A stretch of 64,000 nt of DNA. Source: Obrimoposthia wandeli (Eukaryota). The DNA lies in the NCBI GenBank assembly GCA_977020255.1, contig CDROCS010003532.1:1-64000 (forward strand), read 5' to 3'. Below, piece by piece: positions 13,759 to 23,778 of the stretch. Under the pieces are notes generated by a model that saw nothing but the letters and a program-made list of their open reading frames with translations, was not told where the DNA came from and searched no databases. The position numbers were made by a program, and so were the translations under genes. The first letter of the stretch is position 1. The number at the start of each line of letters is the position of its first letter.

Positions 13759-13809
13759 TTAGGTGTCATGCAATTGTCAAGGGAGATGAGGTTGAATCAA
13801 TGTTAACTG

Positions 13810-14307
13810 TTAGTTGTTCCTGTCATTTAGGAACAGCGTGACCTGTTCCAGTGGTAGGTCCGGATATGATGGGGTCTGGCCTTCGAACAGGGCCATCTGC
13901 TGGTTGAGACTGAGGTGCGGGTTGGGATGAAATAGGGTTGTGTAGCGCCCGTGGACCCCGCGATTCTGGATCCATGTTTGGCGACCGCGTTGCCATGAGC
14001 GGCAGTCACGGCTTGATCGCCATTTCTCTCGGAGGGAGAGTTTCGCGTCGCGACGACGCGCGATGCATTCGGGGCATTGGCAATGTTCGCCACCAATGCA
14101 GCTGGTGAGCGAACGAGTGTCCTTGTGTCGACCACGACATTGAAGTGTCCACTCCGCGAAGGGAGCACGGCACAACGGACATGTGACGTGGCCTTCGGGT
14201 CGAGTTCGGGCCCATATATAGAGGCACGCCTCGTGAAACTTGTGACGGCAACCGACAGGGGATGCCGATGCCGTCCAAATTTTCTCCAGGCAGACTGAGC
14301 ACTTCAT
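13810..14307 (-). CDS. RING-H2 finger protein 3 (putative E3 ligase), ~165 aa from ATG 14307
   Basis: CSVC-x-CRHKFHEAC-x-W-x-CPLC RING-H2 pattern followed by a second Cys cluster (CQCPEC). Confidence 0.8.
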   Translation of the reverse strand: MKCSVCLEKIWTASASPVGCRHKFHEACLYIWARTRPEGHVTCPLCRAPFAEWTLQCRGRHKDTRSLTSCIGGEHCQCPECIARRRDAKLSLREKWRSSRDCRSWQRGRQTWIQNRGVHGRYTTLFHPNPHLSLNQQMALFEGQTPSYPDLPLEQVTLFLNDRNN

Positions 14308-14660
14308 CTGCACAAGATAATGATTTTTTTTCAACTTGGGGTTCGACTGTTTTCGTCGTTAGTTTATGAAGTTAAAAATTTAGTTTCAAAACGAAACCTT
14401 AGTTTTTTAATCTTACCGAGTTTTGTTCCGATTTTAGGCATGTTTACACATTCATACTAGGCATAAAAAAATTGTCTTTTAGAATTTCAGTATAATAATT
14501 ACAATTTCAATTAAACAACATACATAAAAATGGTAATGGTCATTTTACAGTTTCACAAGATTATACAATTATGATTACAATTATGGTAGCTAATTTATCG
14601 CGGTATGCGATACACAGGGTAGTTCATGATGTCACGTTCAAGTCAGAAAGTTACCTTCGG

Positions 14661-14966
14661 TTATTGCTGGGAGTTGGGCTGGCCTGTGCGTCGCTCCTCC
14701 ACGCAGAACGAGCACCAGCAATCGCAGATAGTTTTCCAACAGTGTACTATGGGTACCACTGCTTGGAGGCTGTCCTGGTTGTACACGTAGTGCACTGATA
14801 AGGTTGCTCTGCACATCGGGCAGGTTGGGTAGTCGAGGGGATTGTTGCTGTTGGCGATGGGAATCCACGTCTCGAGGCATTCGATGTGGAATAGGTGGTC
14901 GCAGTTGTTGGGTTTGGTGTAGAGGTCCACGATGCTCTCGTAGCAGATGGAACATTCTCCAGACAT
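14661..14966 (-). CDS. RING-H2 finger protein 2 (101 aa)
   Basis: CSIC...CDHLFHIECLETW...CPMC plus C-terminal CWKTICDCWCSFC. Confidence 0.85.
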   Translation of the reverse strand: MSGECSICYESIVDLYTKPNNCDHLFHIECLETWIPIANSNNPLDYPTCPMCRATLSVHYVYNQDSLQAVVPIVHCWKTICDCWCSFCVEERRTGQPNSQQ

Positions 14967-15026
14967 TACTGTGAGAGGGTTGATGTTGAATTTGGGCTCG
15001 ATTGAGGACTGGTGATTGTGTGATGT

Positions 15027-15326
15027 TTACACAAAAGTGGTCGGATTTTGTCGTTCTGACAAACAGTAGTAACACCAACACTCTCCGAAATTCTTCCAAC
15101 AGAATACCACCTGTACATATACATCCTCTTGGTTGGGTTCTATCATGATGAACCTTGCGAATTGTCTTCTGCATACAGGGCAACGAGGGTATGTTGGATG
15201 TCCGAACTGTCCATAAGTTCTGATCCATGTTGATAAACATTCCTCGTGGTGTAAATGGTTGCAGGTTTCGGGTCTTGTTCTTCGTTCGGTGAGATCTTCC
15301 AAACATATTGGGCATTCTTCGGACAT
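15027..15326 (-). CDS. RING-H2 finger protein 1 (99 aa)
   Basis: CPIC...CNHLHHEECLSTW...CPVC plus C-terminal CWKNFGECWCYYC; clear paralog of the next ORF. Confidence 0.85.
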   Translation of the reverse strand: MSEECPICLEDLTERRTRPETCNHLHHEECLSTWIRTYGQFGHPTYPRCPVCRRQFARFIMIEPNQEDVYVQVVFCWKNFGECWCYYCLSERQNPTTFV

Positions 15327-15449
15327 TCTAAATACATGATGATGATTAATTTTTACATGAGTTTTATATATTTCTACTATTTGTACAATCGCTTCTAGAT
15401 ATTTCTACATATTTCACACACTAATTTATCTACAACCTCCTCTGACTTA

Positions 15450-16841
15450 TCATATCTTGATGGGAGGCGGAGGTAAGGGTCGCAATTCCACTTCCTCCAT
15501 GGTGGGTGTGTTACAGCATCGCAGTCCTTCGCATTTTCGTCGTATTCTTGGGCATACTTGACTGCCTTTCACGCACACGACTGTCAATAGAACCACTGCT
15601 GTTGACACTACGGCCATTCCAATTAGAGCATTGACCGCTGTTACTCTGCTATCTGATGATTGATAATCATACTTCATTTTGTTGTTTGTCGGTTCGAATG
15701 ACATTTCCATTGATTTTGATCGGTTTCCATGTATTATGTCCGATTTTCTAAAAATTCGCGGATTTGGATGTTTAGTTTCTGGTGGAACAGGTATTATTAT
15801 TTTAGATTGGAAATGATGTTTGGGATCTAGTGGGATCGTTCCCCTCACTCTTGTCCTCTTAATAATTGTACTTTGGTTTCTGGAATTGAGCTCTTTTTCT
15901 TTCGCTTCTGTCTTTGTTCTGATCACTTTTGGCTTTTTGGAATGGCGTTTACTTTCGTTTACCTTTGTCTTCTTTTTGACTAGGATTGGTTTTTTGAGAA
16001 TGATTTTCCTTGGTTTGATACTTATACCGGATCTACGAAATCGACGGTTCTGGTATCTTAGAGTTATGTAGAATATTTCACCTGTTATTACCATGATTAT
16101 GGTCGAGGTCTCTGTAGCATTGCTGGGAATTCGGTTACATAGACATTCTGTATCAAAATGTGGAACTAACATTTGGTTTTGGATTTCGAATCTGATTCCG
16201 CCATCTGGATTGGAACACGACACTGTTACTCTGTCAGTTTCTAGCAATCTGAAAAATATTCTAACGGAATTCCATACGGTTTTACGTCGTCTACCTGTGA
16301 TCATAATCCTGTCGACAATTTTCCAGATGCGCTCATCTCTAGGCAATATTAATGACTTTGTTCGGATACTTTGGATAATCCGCTTCCTCTTTGATATCGT
16401 TATCCGTAGGTATAACACTCTTTCATGATAGAATAATATCAGTTTGTAGTAAGGTGTACTTTGGTCGATCTTTATTCTGACCTGTCGGATGACATACAAT
16501 TTCTGATCGATATTGTCGGTTGCTGACGTCTGTAGATGAATGTCTACTACGTGATTTGTTTTTAATAGAGGGATTTCTATGTATAACGCCCGTATTACAT
16601 CTTGTCTCCATTTACTGATCATGATCTCATAACTAGCCTTGGTAGTGGTAATTTGTATGATCAGCATGATTCTGATGATCGTTCGATTCCTAAACTCAGG
16701 AACTTCAATGAAACAACTCAAATTACTCATGTAGTATGGTCTTTCCTCGATATGTTCATATATCGTTGGCTGGTACTCTGGTGCTGGTTCATCTAGGAAT
16801 GGTGGTCTTGGTATACTTGTGTTGAATTTTTGTAAATTCAT
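15450..16841 (-). CDS. 463-aa putative type I membrane protein of unknown function
   Basis: Long ORF starting 40 nt after the polyprotein stop. Signal-like hydrophobic stretch (IIRIMLIIQITTTKA), C-terminal TM (ALIGMAVVSTAVVLLTVVCV), and a Cys/Pro-rich tail ending PLPPPPIKI. Confidence 0.75.
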   Translation of the reverse strand: MNLQKFNTSIPRPPFLDEPAPEYQPTIYEHIEERPYYMSNLSCFIEVPEFRNRTIIRIMLIIQITTTKASYEIMISKWRQDVIRALYIEIPLLKTNHVVDIHLQTSATDNIDQKLYVIRQVRIKIDQSTPYYKLILFYHERVLYLRITISKRKRIIQSIRTKSLILPRDERIWKIVDRIMITGRRRKTVWNSVRIFFRLLETDRVTVSCSNPDGGIRFEIQNQMLVPHFDTECLCNRIPSNATETSTIIMVITGEIFYITLRYQNRRFRRSGISIKPRKIILKKPILVKKKTKVNESKRHSKKPKVIRTKTEAKEKELNSRNQSTIIKRTRVRGTIPLDPKHHFQSKIIIPVPPETKHPNPRIFRKSDIIHGNRSKSMEMSFEPTNNKMKYDYQSSDSRVTAVNALIGMAVVSTAVVLLTVVCVKGSQVCPRIRRKCEGLRCCNTPTMEEVELRPLPPPPIKI

Positions 16842-16880
16842 TTGACCTGTTTGTCTTGCGAGATCATGACGTTTCTTTTT

Positions 16881-19800
16881 TTATCTCAACTCTATCTTTG
16901 TACAACAAAACAAGACGAGTAATATTAATATTATAAATCCAATGATCAGTGCCAGTATTGGATTAGCCAATTCTAGAATACCATAACGTATTGCTGGTAT
17001 CCCTTTACTCTTGATGGTTAATATTTTAAATTTATGTGCACTTTGGTTGGACATGTCACTGAGAAGTACTATTTTAGTTTGTCCAAATATGTAGTCTTCA
17101 CATGTGACAACACTAATTCCATAATGTCCATTAAGTGTTTTCATTTCGGTCGCTGGAACTATACACATTCGTACTGGACATCCTTTTACACACATGATCA
17201 TTACGGCTTTACTGTGGGACGTCTTGATTATTTCTAGGGTGTTGTCTAGATTTCTCAAATGTAAATTATATTCGGATAGTGTCATCAATTCGGCTTTACT
17301 GGTTGGCATGGCTTGTAGTACCAATCCAATTACTACTCCGTAGATCAATCCTTGTGCAACGGTGCACAGGGCCTTGACTGTCCTTTTGCAAAGGGTTTTA
17401 ATTATCATTCGTTTGAGAGATATCTGTTTCTGGTTGGATCGTTTTGTTGTCTGTTGTTGTTTTGACATTTCTTCGATTCCAGTTTTTCCGATAATCAACT
17501 GTACCTGTTTACCTTGTATCATCAACTTTCCGAATCCATTTTTGGCGGACAAGCATGTTTTATGTCCTTCCATCGTTTCAATTATCACTCTCTTACTTCC
17601 ATACTCACGTGTTTTGATGACATCGCCGTCGAATATATACGTCGGTCCTTTTGTATCAGCATCTTTTTGTATTTCCTTTACAATTCGTTTTCTTCGCTTG
17701 TATCCGGCGAATGTTGTTGATATTCGGTCAAGTGCGCGCTGTCGGTCAGCTTCGTAATCCATTCGGAATTGATTCAGTATTCTGTTTTGTGGGTAAAATA
17801 TCGCTTCATTTACTATGTTGTCCTCGATCCTTTCGTCTAGATACACAAGTACTTTGTTCGTCGGTCCATTTGGTCTTTTCATCTTTACAAACTGAAATCT
17901 TTTACTGTCGGTTCTCATAGATCGGAGACATTTTCGGATGATCCACACATCAATTAATCCTAACAACACTAATAGCATCATCAGTGCCGGTGTATGGTAC
18001 TGTATGATGTAGTTGTGGATTTCTTTGAACCATGAACTATTTCCGTGGTTGGAGCCTATCTCTTGTGCTCCCGTTATCGGCATTAGACAACTTAACAAGC
18101 CTATCGCTAGCAATCTTTGGTATTGAAAGCTGGGCACTGTTGTTGTAGCTTCATTTGTTTCTCGTTGTTGCTTCCTCTTTTCAGCGTACTTCTCTATTTC
18201 TCGAACGAGTAACGGTTTGAATTTCGTATCTGGTCTATTCTGTTTGATGTAGACCATCGCTTCTTCTGGTGTATGACCATGGTACTCTACCAACAAGGAT
18301 ACACCTATGGTAGGCGCTAACATCGTACCTTTTTTCTGATATATCAGAACGCCGTTTCCTTCTGTGACTTCGGCTTGGATGGTTTGGGTCAATTTCATCA
18401 GATGTTGTTGTGCATCATTTATTTCTCGATTGGAAGCATGTATGTATCGAGTGGTGTCGTCTTCAGTATTTTGACACAGACTGATTATCTCGTTTCCGAC
18501 TTCAACAATATTAATTACTCGGTTGATACTGTGGAACTTTAATCCAGCAGTATCTATATCTCCTGGATAACATAAAAATACTTTTGGCATTATCTGCGTG
18601 ATTTTGTCGACTCCGGCTAAGAATAACCCGGTCAATGATAATGCTTGGAGGAAATTCTTTTCCTTTGGATCCTCAGGGATGTCGTCCATCCGTCTTTGTT
18701 CTTGCAACATAAGTTGGTAATTTGACAACTGTCCCAAAAAATTAAGATTTGGGTTAGCAATACTTCTTCTCTCCTGTAGGTATTTCAGTGCTTCTAGTAC
18801 CTGCATTCGTCTAGTCTTTATTAGATATGCTAATACTAGGGTTGCTGATCGAGAGATTCCTTTCTGGCAATGTACCAACACTTTTCCTTGGTTTCGGAGT
18901 TCTCTGTGAAGTATTTCGTTTGTTTCTACGAACCATTCGAGAAGATTAGCGTCCATTGAGTCTTTTACTCTTAATGTCATAGCTCTGATTGTCTGGCATT
19001 GTGATTTGTGATTCATTGTAACATTGATCACGTATGTTATCCCTTGTTCCAACAGTTTCTTTTCATCTGTTGCATCTTCCACATTTCCGAGGTATAACTT
19101 ATCTGGAATGATCTCACTCATTGGTTGCATTAATTCTGACTCTTCAAGTTTTAGTCTTTCTAATCTCTTCTCTATCTGTTCGTCGATGTTAGTTAGTTTT
19201 GCCAGTTTCTTTCCTCTCAGCATTCGTATTGCTGGAGAGATATTCATCTTTGTCTCTGATGTCTGTTCCTTTGTTGAGTCTTCTTCCGACTCGGTTTCTT
19301 CTGCAGATTTAATTCGTCTTTCTTGTATATTCTGTTTCACGAATTCTATGTTTTGTCTTTTTCTGCTCTCTTTAGCGAATTCAACCTCCATGGTTTTTCC
19401 GAATCGCTCTATTATGTTATCTTCGGATTCTGTTGATTCTGTATCGTTACTTTCAGGTTCGCTGTCTTGACTAGACTCGCTCGAAGGGTATTCTGGTATG
19501 TCTGTCTGAACTGAAATTAATGAAGGGGTTATAATAATTGGATTGACTGCCCCTGCGTATTTGTGAATCGGATACGGTATTACACTATCTTTAAGTATCT
19601 CAACTTGGAACTGTGCTCCATAGCACATGACAATTGTTTCCAATTTACCCATGATGGACAATCCATCAAAATAGGTAACATTCAGCTTAGATATCGGTGT
19701 TTTCGCATAATTAATTAAATTTACTCGTATCTCGGTTGATGACGGCCATCGATTTTTTAGTAAAATTATAATTTCGTCGTTTATCGATGTAATTACACTT

Positions 19801-21695
19801 GGCGCGGATGATACTATTTCAGCATGATATTTCGGTTGAATTGAGGTTGTCACTTGTTCTCGGATCATATTGATTCTTTGTGGTTTTTTATTTTTAGCTT
19901 CCCACTTCTGGTATCCGCTGTCAATGCGTAACTCTGCCGTTGCTTTGATGATTTTATTGTTGGTCACTTCCGGTTGGGTTGGCGAATGAAATCCTTCTAT
20001 TACGCTCAACCTTACAGATACTTCCGTTTGATCTGTGTCTAACCGGTGAGATTCCGGTATGCAACATACAATTGTCTTTCCGTCAAAGTATTTGGTGTCC
20101 ATCTGACAAATTATCTTTTCAGTGTCTGCGTCGACTAAATGGACTCTCATTAGGTCTCTTTTCCCATGTGAATTACGTAATACCATTATTACATCGTGGT
20201 ATTCTTGTTTGAGTCTTTTTGGTGTACCATGCAGTATGTGACCACCGGCCGGTTCCTTTTCTTCCTGACTGGCTAGTCCTGCTTCAGTACTGTCATAGTT
20301 CTGCCATGCAACTATGTTTGGTGTCAATGTGATTTCGATTATCACTTTCTCAGTCGTAAACACATTGGAATTTTGATGAAGCGCTGCGACTAGTGTATTT
20401 CCGTCGTAGTATGACACTCTAAGTTCGCACAGAAATTCGTTTGTCAGTGCATCTTTCACAATGACGTCTTTCGCCACATCTGTTGGTTGTGTTTTTTCGA
20501 AAACAACTATTATCTCTTCATCTTCTTCCAATATCTCTTGTGGTGCGATGTGTCGGATTACTTCCTTTTCCTCTTGGTGCTTCATTCTGAGCATACCAAT
20601 TCTCGCTGGTTTTTCCTCGCTACCACTCGTCATCATGTTTATGTAGTTCCGATCACTTACCATTCGTGTAAGTTTAATGGTATTGGTATTCGGCTTCAAT
20701 TTCTGTGATCTTAACTCATATCGTGATGCATTATCTTTATTTGGTACTAATTTACATCGATTTGCATGTACAATCATCGGTTCCTTGTTCCGATTCTCCT
20801 CGTTGATTACTTTCAAATTTGTTGAGGTTGTCTGGATCACCTTGTATGGTCCTTTGTATGGTCTATGAAGTTTAAACGATAGACCTGGTTCGATGACTGG
20901 ATAAAATATCATCACTTGATCTCCGACTCTAAATTCATGTGGTTTTGCCTTCTTGTCATATTGTTCCTTGTAACCTTCTTGATTGAATTTCAACTTCAAT
21001 CCAGCTTTGGTCCAAGCATCCTGCAATCTTTCCTTCATGACGACAATGTATTGTTCAGTTTCTAGATACTGAGATGTTGGCTCGGTCCACTTCAGATCCA
21101 TCGGCATATTGTTCTGTCTGAGATACATCAGATAGAATGGTGTGTGACCCGTCGCCTCTCGAACTGAGTTCCTGTAAGCATATAAACATGAAGGTAAATA
21201 TTTATCCCAATCCTCTTGCTTGTCTGAGCAATAGGATTGTACCATCATACATAAAGTTTTATTAAACCTTTCTACTAGACCATCTGTTTGTGGGTGATAT
21301 GGTGAAGTTTGTAACTTCATGATTCCGAATATCTTCGATACTGCTTTTATGACTTCTCCAGTGAAGTTCTTACCTTGATCCGTTAACAACTTTCTAGGCA
21401 CTCCGTATCGAAATATTATCTCTTCCACTAAGATTTGCGCTATTGTTTCAGCTTTCTGGTTCTGCATGGGATATGCTTCTACCCATCTTGTCATGTAATC
21501 CGTAAATACTATGACGTACTTGTTTCCTTTACTTGATTCTCTCAATGGTCCCAATATATCCATTGCTGTGAATTCCATTGGTGCCAAAGGAACTGGCATC
21601 GGTTTCAGTGGAACTTTAGTACGAGTTCCAGTGTCTTTTCTGGTTAAACATACTACATTGTTTACACCATTGTGTAATGTCGTCTTCCATACCAT
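16881..21695 (-). CDS. pol: Integrase core + GPY/F, 3 IPT/TIG-like repeats, DUSP, pseudo-DUSP and membrane modules (C-terminal part of the polyprotein; joined to pol across a frameshift at ~21654)
   Basis: MDILGP / TDQG / ERFNKTL integrase catalytic motifs; KGPY; HCQKGISRS at 18846-18872; several hydrophobic segments near the C-terminus. Confidence 0.9.
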   Translation of the reverse strand: MVWKTTLHNGVNNVVCLTRKDTGTRTKVPLKPMPVPLAPMEFTAMDILGPLRESSKGNKYVIVFTDYMTRWVEAYPMQNQKAETIAQILVEEIIFRYGVPRKLLTDQGKNFTGEVIKAVSKIFGIMKLQTSPYHPQTDGLVERFNKTLCMMVQSYCSDKQEDWDKYLPSCLYAYRNSVREATGHTPFYLMYLRQNNMPMDLKWTEPTSQYLETEQYIVVMKERLQDAWTKAGLKLKFNQEGYKEQYDKKAKPHEFRVGDQVMIFYPVIEPGLSFKLHRPYKGPYKVIQTTSTNLKVINEENRNKEPMIVHANRCKLVPNKDNASRYELRSQKLKPNTNTIKLTRMVSDRNYINMMTSGSEEKPARIGMLRMKHQEEKEVIRHIAPQEILEEDEEIIVVFEKTQPTDVAKDVIVKDALTNEFLCELRVSYYDGNTLVAALHQNSNVFTTEKVIIEITLTPNIVAWQNYDSTEAGLASQEEKEPAGGHILHGTPKRLKQEYHDVIMVLRNSHGKRDLMRVHLVDADTEKIICQMDTKYFDGKTIVCCIPESHRLDTDQTEVSVRLSVIEGFHSPTQPEVTNNKIIKATAELRIDSGYQKWEAKNKKPQRINMIREQVTTSIQPKYHAEIVSSAPSVITSINDEIIILLKNRWPSSTEIRVNLINYAKTPISKLNVTYFDGLSIMGKLETIVMCYGAQFQVEILKDSVIPYPIHKYAGAVNPIIITPSLISVQTDIPEYPSSESSQDSEPESNDTESTESEDNIIERFGKTMEVEFAKESRKRQNIEFVKQNIQERRIKSAEETESEEDSTKEQTSETKMNISPAIRMLRGKKLAKLTNIDEQIEKRLERLKLEESELMQPMSEIIPDKLYLGNVEDATDEKKLLEQGITYVINVTMNHKSQCQTIRAMTLRVKDSMDANLLEWFVETNEILHRELRNQGKVLVHCQKGISRSATLVLAYLIKTRRMQVLEALKYLQERRSIANPNLNFLGQLSNYQLMLQEQRRMDDIPEDPKEKNFLQALSLTGLFLAGVDKITQIMPKVFLCYPGDIDTAGLKFHSINRVINIVEVGNEIISLCQNTEDDTTRYIHASNREINDAQQHLMKLTQTIQAEVTEGNGVLIYQKKGTMLAPTIGVSLLVEYHGHTPEEAMVYIKQNRPDTKFKPLLVREIEKYAEKRKQQRETNEATTTVPSFQYQRLLAIGLLSCLMPITGAQEIGSNHGNSSWFKEIHNYIIQYHTPALMMLLVLLGLIDVWIIRKCLRSMRTDSKRFQFVKMKRPNGPTNKVLVYLDERIEDNIVNEAIFYPQNRILNQFRMDYEADRQRALDRISTTFAGYKRRKRIVKEIQKDADTKGPTYIFDGDVIKTREYGSKRVIIETMEGHKTCLSAKNGFGKLMIQGKQVQLIIGKTGIEEMSKQQQTTKRSNQKQISLKRMIIKTLCKRTVKALCTVAQGLIYGVVIGLVLQAMPTSKAELMTLSEYNLHLRNLDNTLEIIKTSHSKAVMIMCVKGCPVRMCIVPATEMKTLNGHYGISVVTCEDYIFGQTKIVLLSDMSNQSAHKFKILTIKSKGIPAIRYGILELANPILALIIGFIILILLVLFCCTKIELR

Positions 21696-23778
21696 CCCAA
21701 TGGTATTTCTCTTTGATTCTGGCTATTGTCTTTCGCCCTGACAGATGTCCTCCTAGTGTTCCATCGTGATACTGGATCATCACTGCTGTTTTCAATGACT
21801 TCGGAATTACTACGACTATCTTTCCGACATTGTTGACAATATACAAGATTCCTTCTTTTATCGAGTATTTTTTCGTCATTTCATCGTTTAGATCTCCTTT
21901 CACCAACAATTCTTTGATTAGACTCAGTTCTTCATCTTCTTTCTGTTCTTTGATGATCTCTTTGTCTATTTTACCCGTTTTCAGCAAAATCGTTAGTAGA
22001 TTTGCTTCTCCTATTTGGTCATTGGTTTCATCTTCTTCTGGAATTATGTTTCCTTTCTCGTCTACATTTGTCAATCTCGACAAACAATCTGCGTTGCCGT
22101 TCGACTTTCCGGTTCTATAACGGATTTCTAGATCGAATTCGGCCAATTTTAGAAACCATCTGTTTAATCTACTCATCTCATCTCTATGTTTATATAAGAA
22201 CTGTAGTGGTTTGTGATCTGTATATAGGAATACTTTTTGTCCTAGCAAGTAGTGTCTGTACTGTCTACATGAATACACTATGGCTAGACATTCCTTTTCG
22301 ATAACAGAGTATCCTCTTTCGGCTCTGTTTAATCCTCTACTCGCATACGCGATGACGTGTTCCCTTCCTTCGTCATCCTCTTGTCCCAATACTGCTCCTA
22401 CAGCATAGTTACTTGCATCTGTCATGAGTATGAATTGTCGGTTTATATCTGGAAACGCTAATATTGGTGCTTTTATCAGTCTTTCTTTTAAATGCTCGAA
22501 CGCTTGTTGTGCTTCTTTTCCCCATATGAACTTCTCATCTTTCCTCGTCAACTTTCTCAATGGTGTTGCTATATCTGAAAAATGTTCAACAAATCGTCTA
22601 TAATAATTCACAAGACCTAAAAAACTCTGTATTTCTTTAACAGTCTTTGGCGCTAAATGCGCTTTTACTTTCTCGATCTTTGCTGGATCAGGTCGGATGC
22701 CTTCTTTCGATACTATATGTCCTAAAAATGTTACTCGCTCTTTAGCCCATTCGCATTTTGTAGGTTTAACTTTTAATTTAGCGTTTTCCAGTCTTTTAAA
22801 TACGACTTCAAGATTTTTTAAATGTTCTTCGAACGTTTTCGAAAATATTATTATGTCATCGATATAAACCATCGTGTTTGCACACGATGCGAGTACAAAA
22901 TTCATGCAACGCTGAAATGTTGCTGGAGCTCCTGTTAGTCCGAATGGCATTTTTTCGCATTCGTATAGTCCATCTCCGCAGGAAAAGGCTGTTTTGTGTT
23001 TATCCTCTTCCTCTATCTCGATTTGCCAGTATCCACTCTGCAAATCCAATGTCGTAAAATAATCTGAATTACCCAATTTATCGAGCATCTCTTCGATTCT
23101 AGGTAATGGATACACATCTTTTCTTGTGATCTTGTTCAGTTCTCTGAAATCTATACAGAATCTCATTTTCCCATCCTTCTTTTTTACCAACACCACAGGT
23201 GCTGAGAATGGTGAAAAACTCGGTCTAATTACTCCTGTTTTAGACATATCTTCAATCTGACTTTTTACTTCATCTTGTAGCTGTAATGGTACTCGATATG
23301 GTCTTCTTCTGACTACTTTGTCTTCTGTCAGTGGTATTGTGTGTTTTATGACAGGTGTTTCTCCTATGTCATATGGATTTTTTGCAATTACTTTCGGAAA
23401 TTTATGTATTAGATCAAGTAATTGTTTCTTTTCTCTAGTTGTCAGTCTTTCTGATTGGATTACTATTTCTTCGTAATCATTCGTGTCTTTATCGAGTTTC
23501 ATAGCACACACAGTGGGATTCTCCATTTGTGCTATCTTTCCCAACCTCATTCCTCTGTATAATAGGATGTCATTGTTGGTTGTATTCATCAGTCTGACTG
23601 GTATTTTGTGGTTTTCAATCAGACATACTGTACTCACAACTGGTAATTCGTATTTCTCTATGAAATCTCGTGATGGTTCGAACACAACTGGTCCTTTATC
23701 TTCTGATAACGTGTGACCTTGAATGAGAAATTGTGATCTTTTACCGATTTTTATAGGATTCTCTATAAATACATCAAT
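21616..23778 (-). CDS. pol: Reverse transcriptase, RNase H and integrase Zn finger (frame open from 23778)
   Basis: RFCIDFRELN, LDLQSGYWQI, MPFGL, YIDD (22855-22866), TDASNYAVGAVL, HKPL, and HDGTLGGH...WCKQC. Confidence 0.95.
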   Translation of the reverse strand: MDVFIENPIKIGKRSQFLIQGHTLSEDKGPVVFEPSRDFIEKYELPVVSTVCLIENHKIPVRLMNTTNNDILLYRGMRLGKIAQMENPTVCAMKLDKDTNDYEEIVIQSERLTTREKKQLLDLIHKFPKVIAKNPYDIGETPVIKHTIPLTEDKVVRRRPYRVPLQLQDEVKSQIEDMSKTGVIRPSFSPFSAPVVLVKKKDGKMRFCIDFRELNKITRKDVYPLPRIEEMLDKLGNSDYFTTLDLQSGYWQIEIEEEDKHKTAFSCGDGLYECEKMPFGLTGAPATFQRCMNFVLASCANTMVYIDDIIIFSKTFEEHLKNLEVVFKRLENAKLKVKPTKCEWAKERVTFLGHIVSKEGIRPDPAKIEKVKAHLAPKTVKEIQSFLGLVNYYRRFVEHFSDIATPLRKLTRKDEKFIWGKEAQQAFEHLKERLIKAPILAFPDINRQFILMTDASNYAVGAVLGQEDDEGREHVIAYASRGLNRAERGYSVIEKECLAIVYSCRQYRHYLLGQKVFLYTDHKPLQFLYKHRDEMSRLNRWFLKLAEFDLEIRYRTGKSNGNADCLSRLTNVDEKGNIIPEEDETNDQIGEANLLTILLKTGKIDKEIIKEQKEDEELSLIKELLVKGDLNDEMTKKYSIKEGILYIVNNVGKIVVVIPKSLKTAVMIQYHDGTLGGHLSGRKTIARIKEKYHWDGMEDDITQWCKQCSMFNQKRHWNSY

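Noticed and set aside
14638-15315. 225-aa ORF overlapping the RING genes, and other overlapping or antisense ORFs in 13827-16796
   Set aside because: Alternative-frame by-products of GC-richer coding sequence; no motifs.
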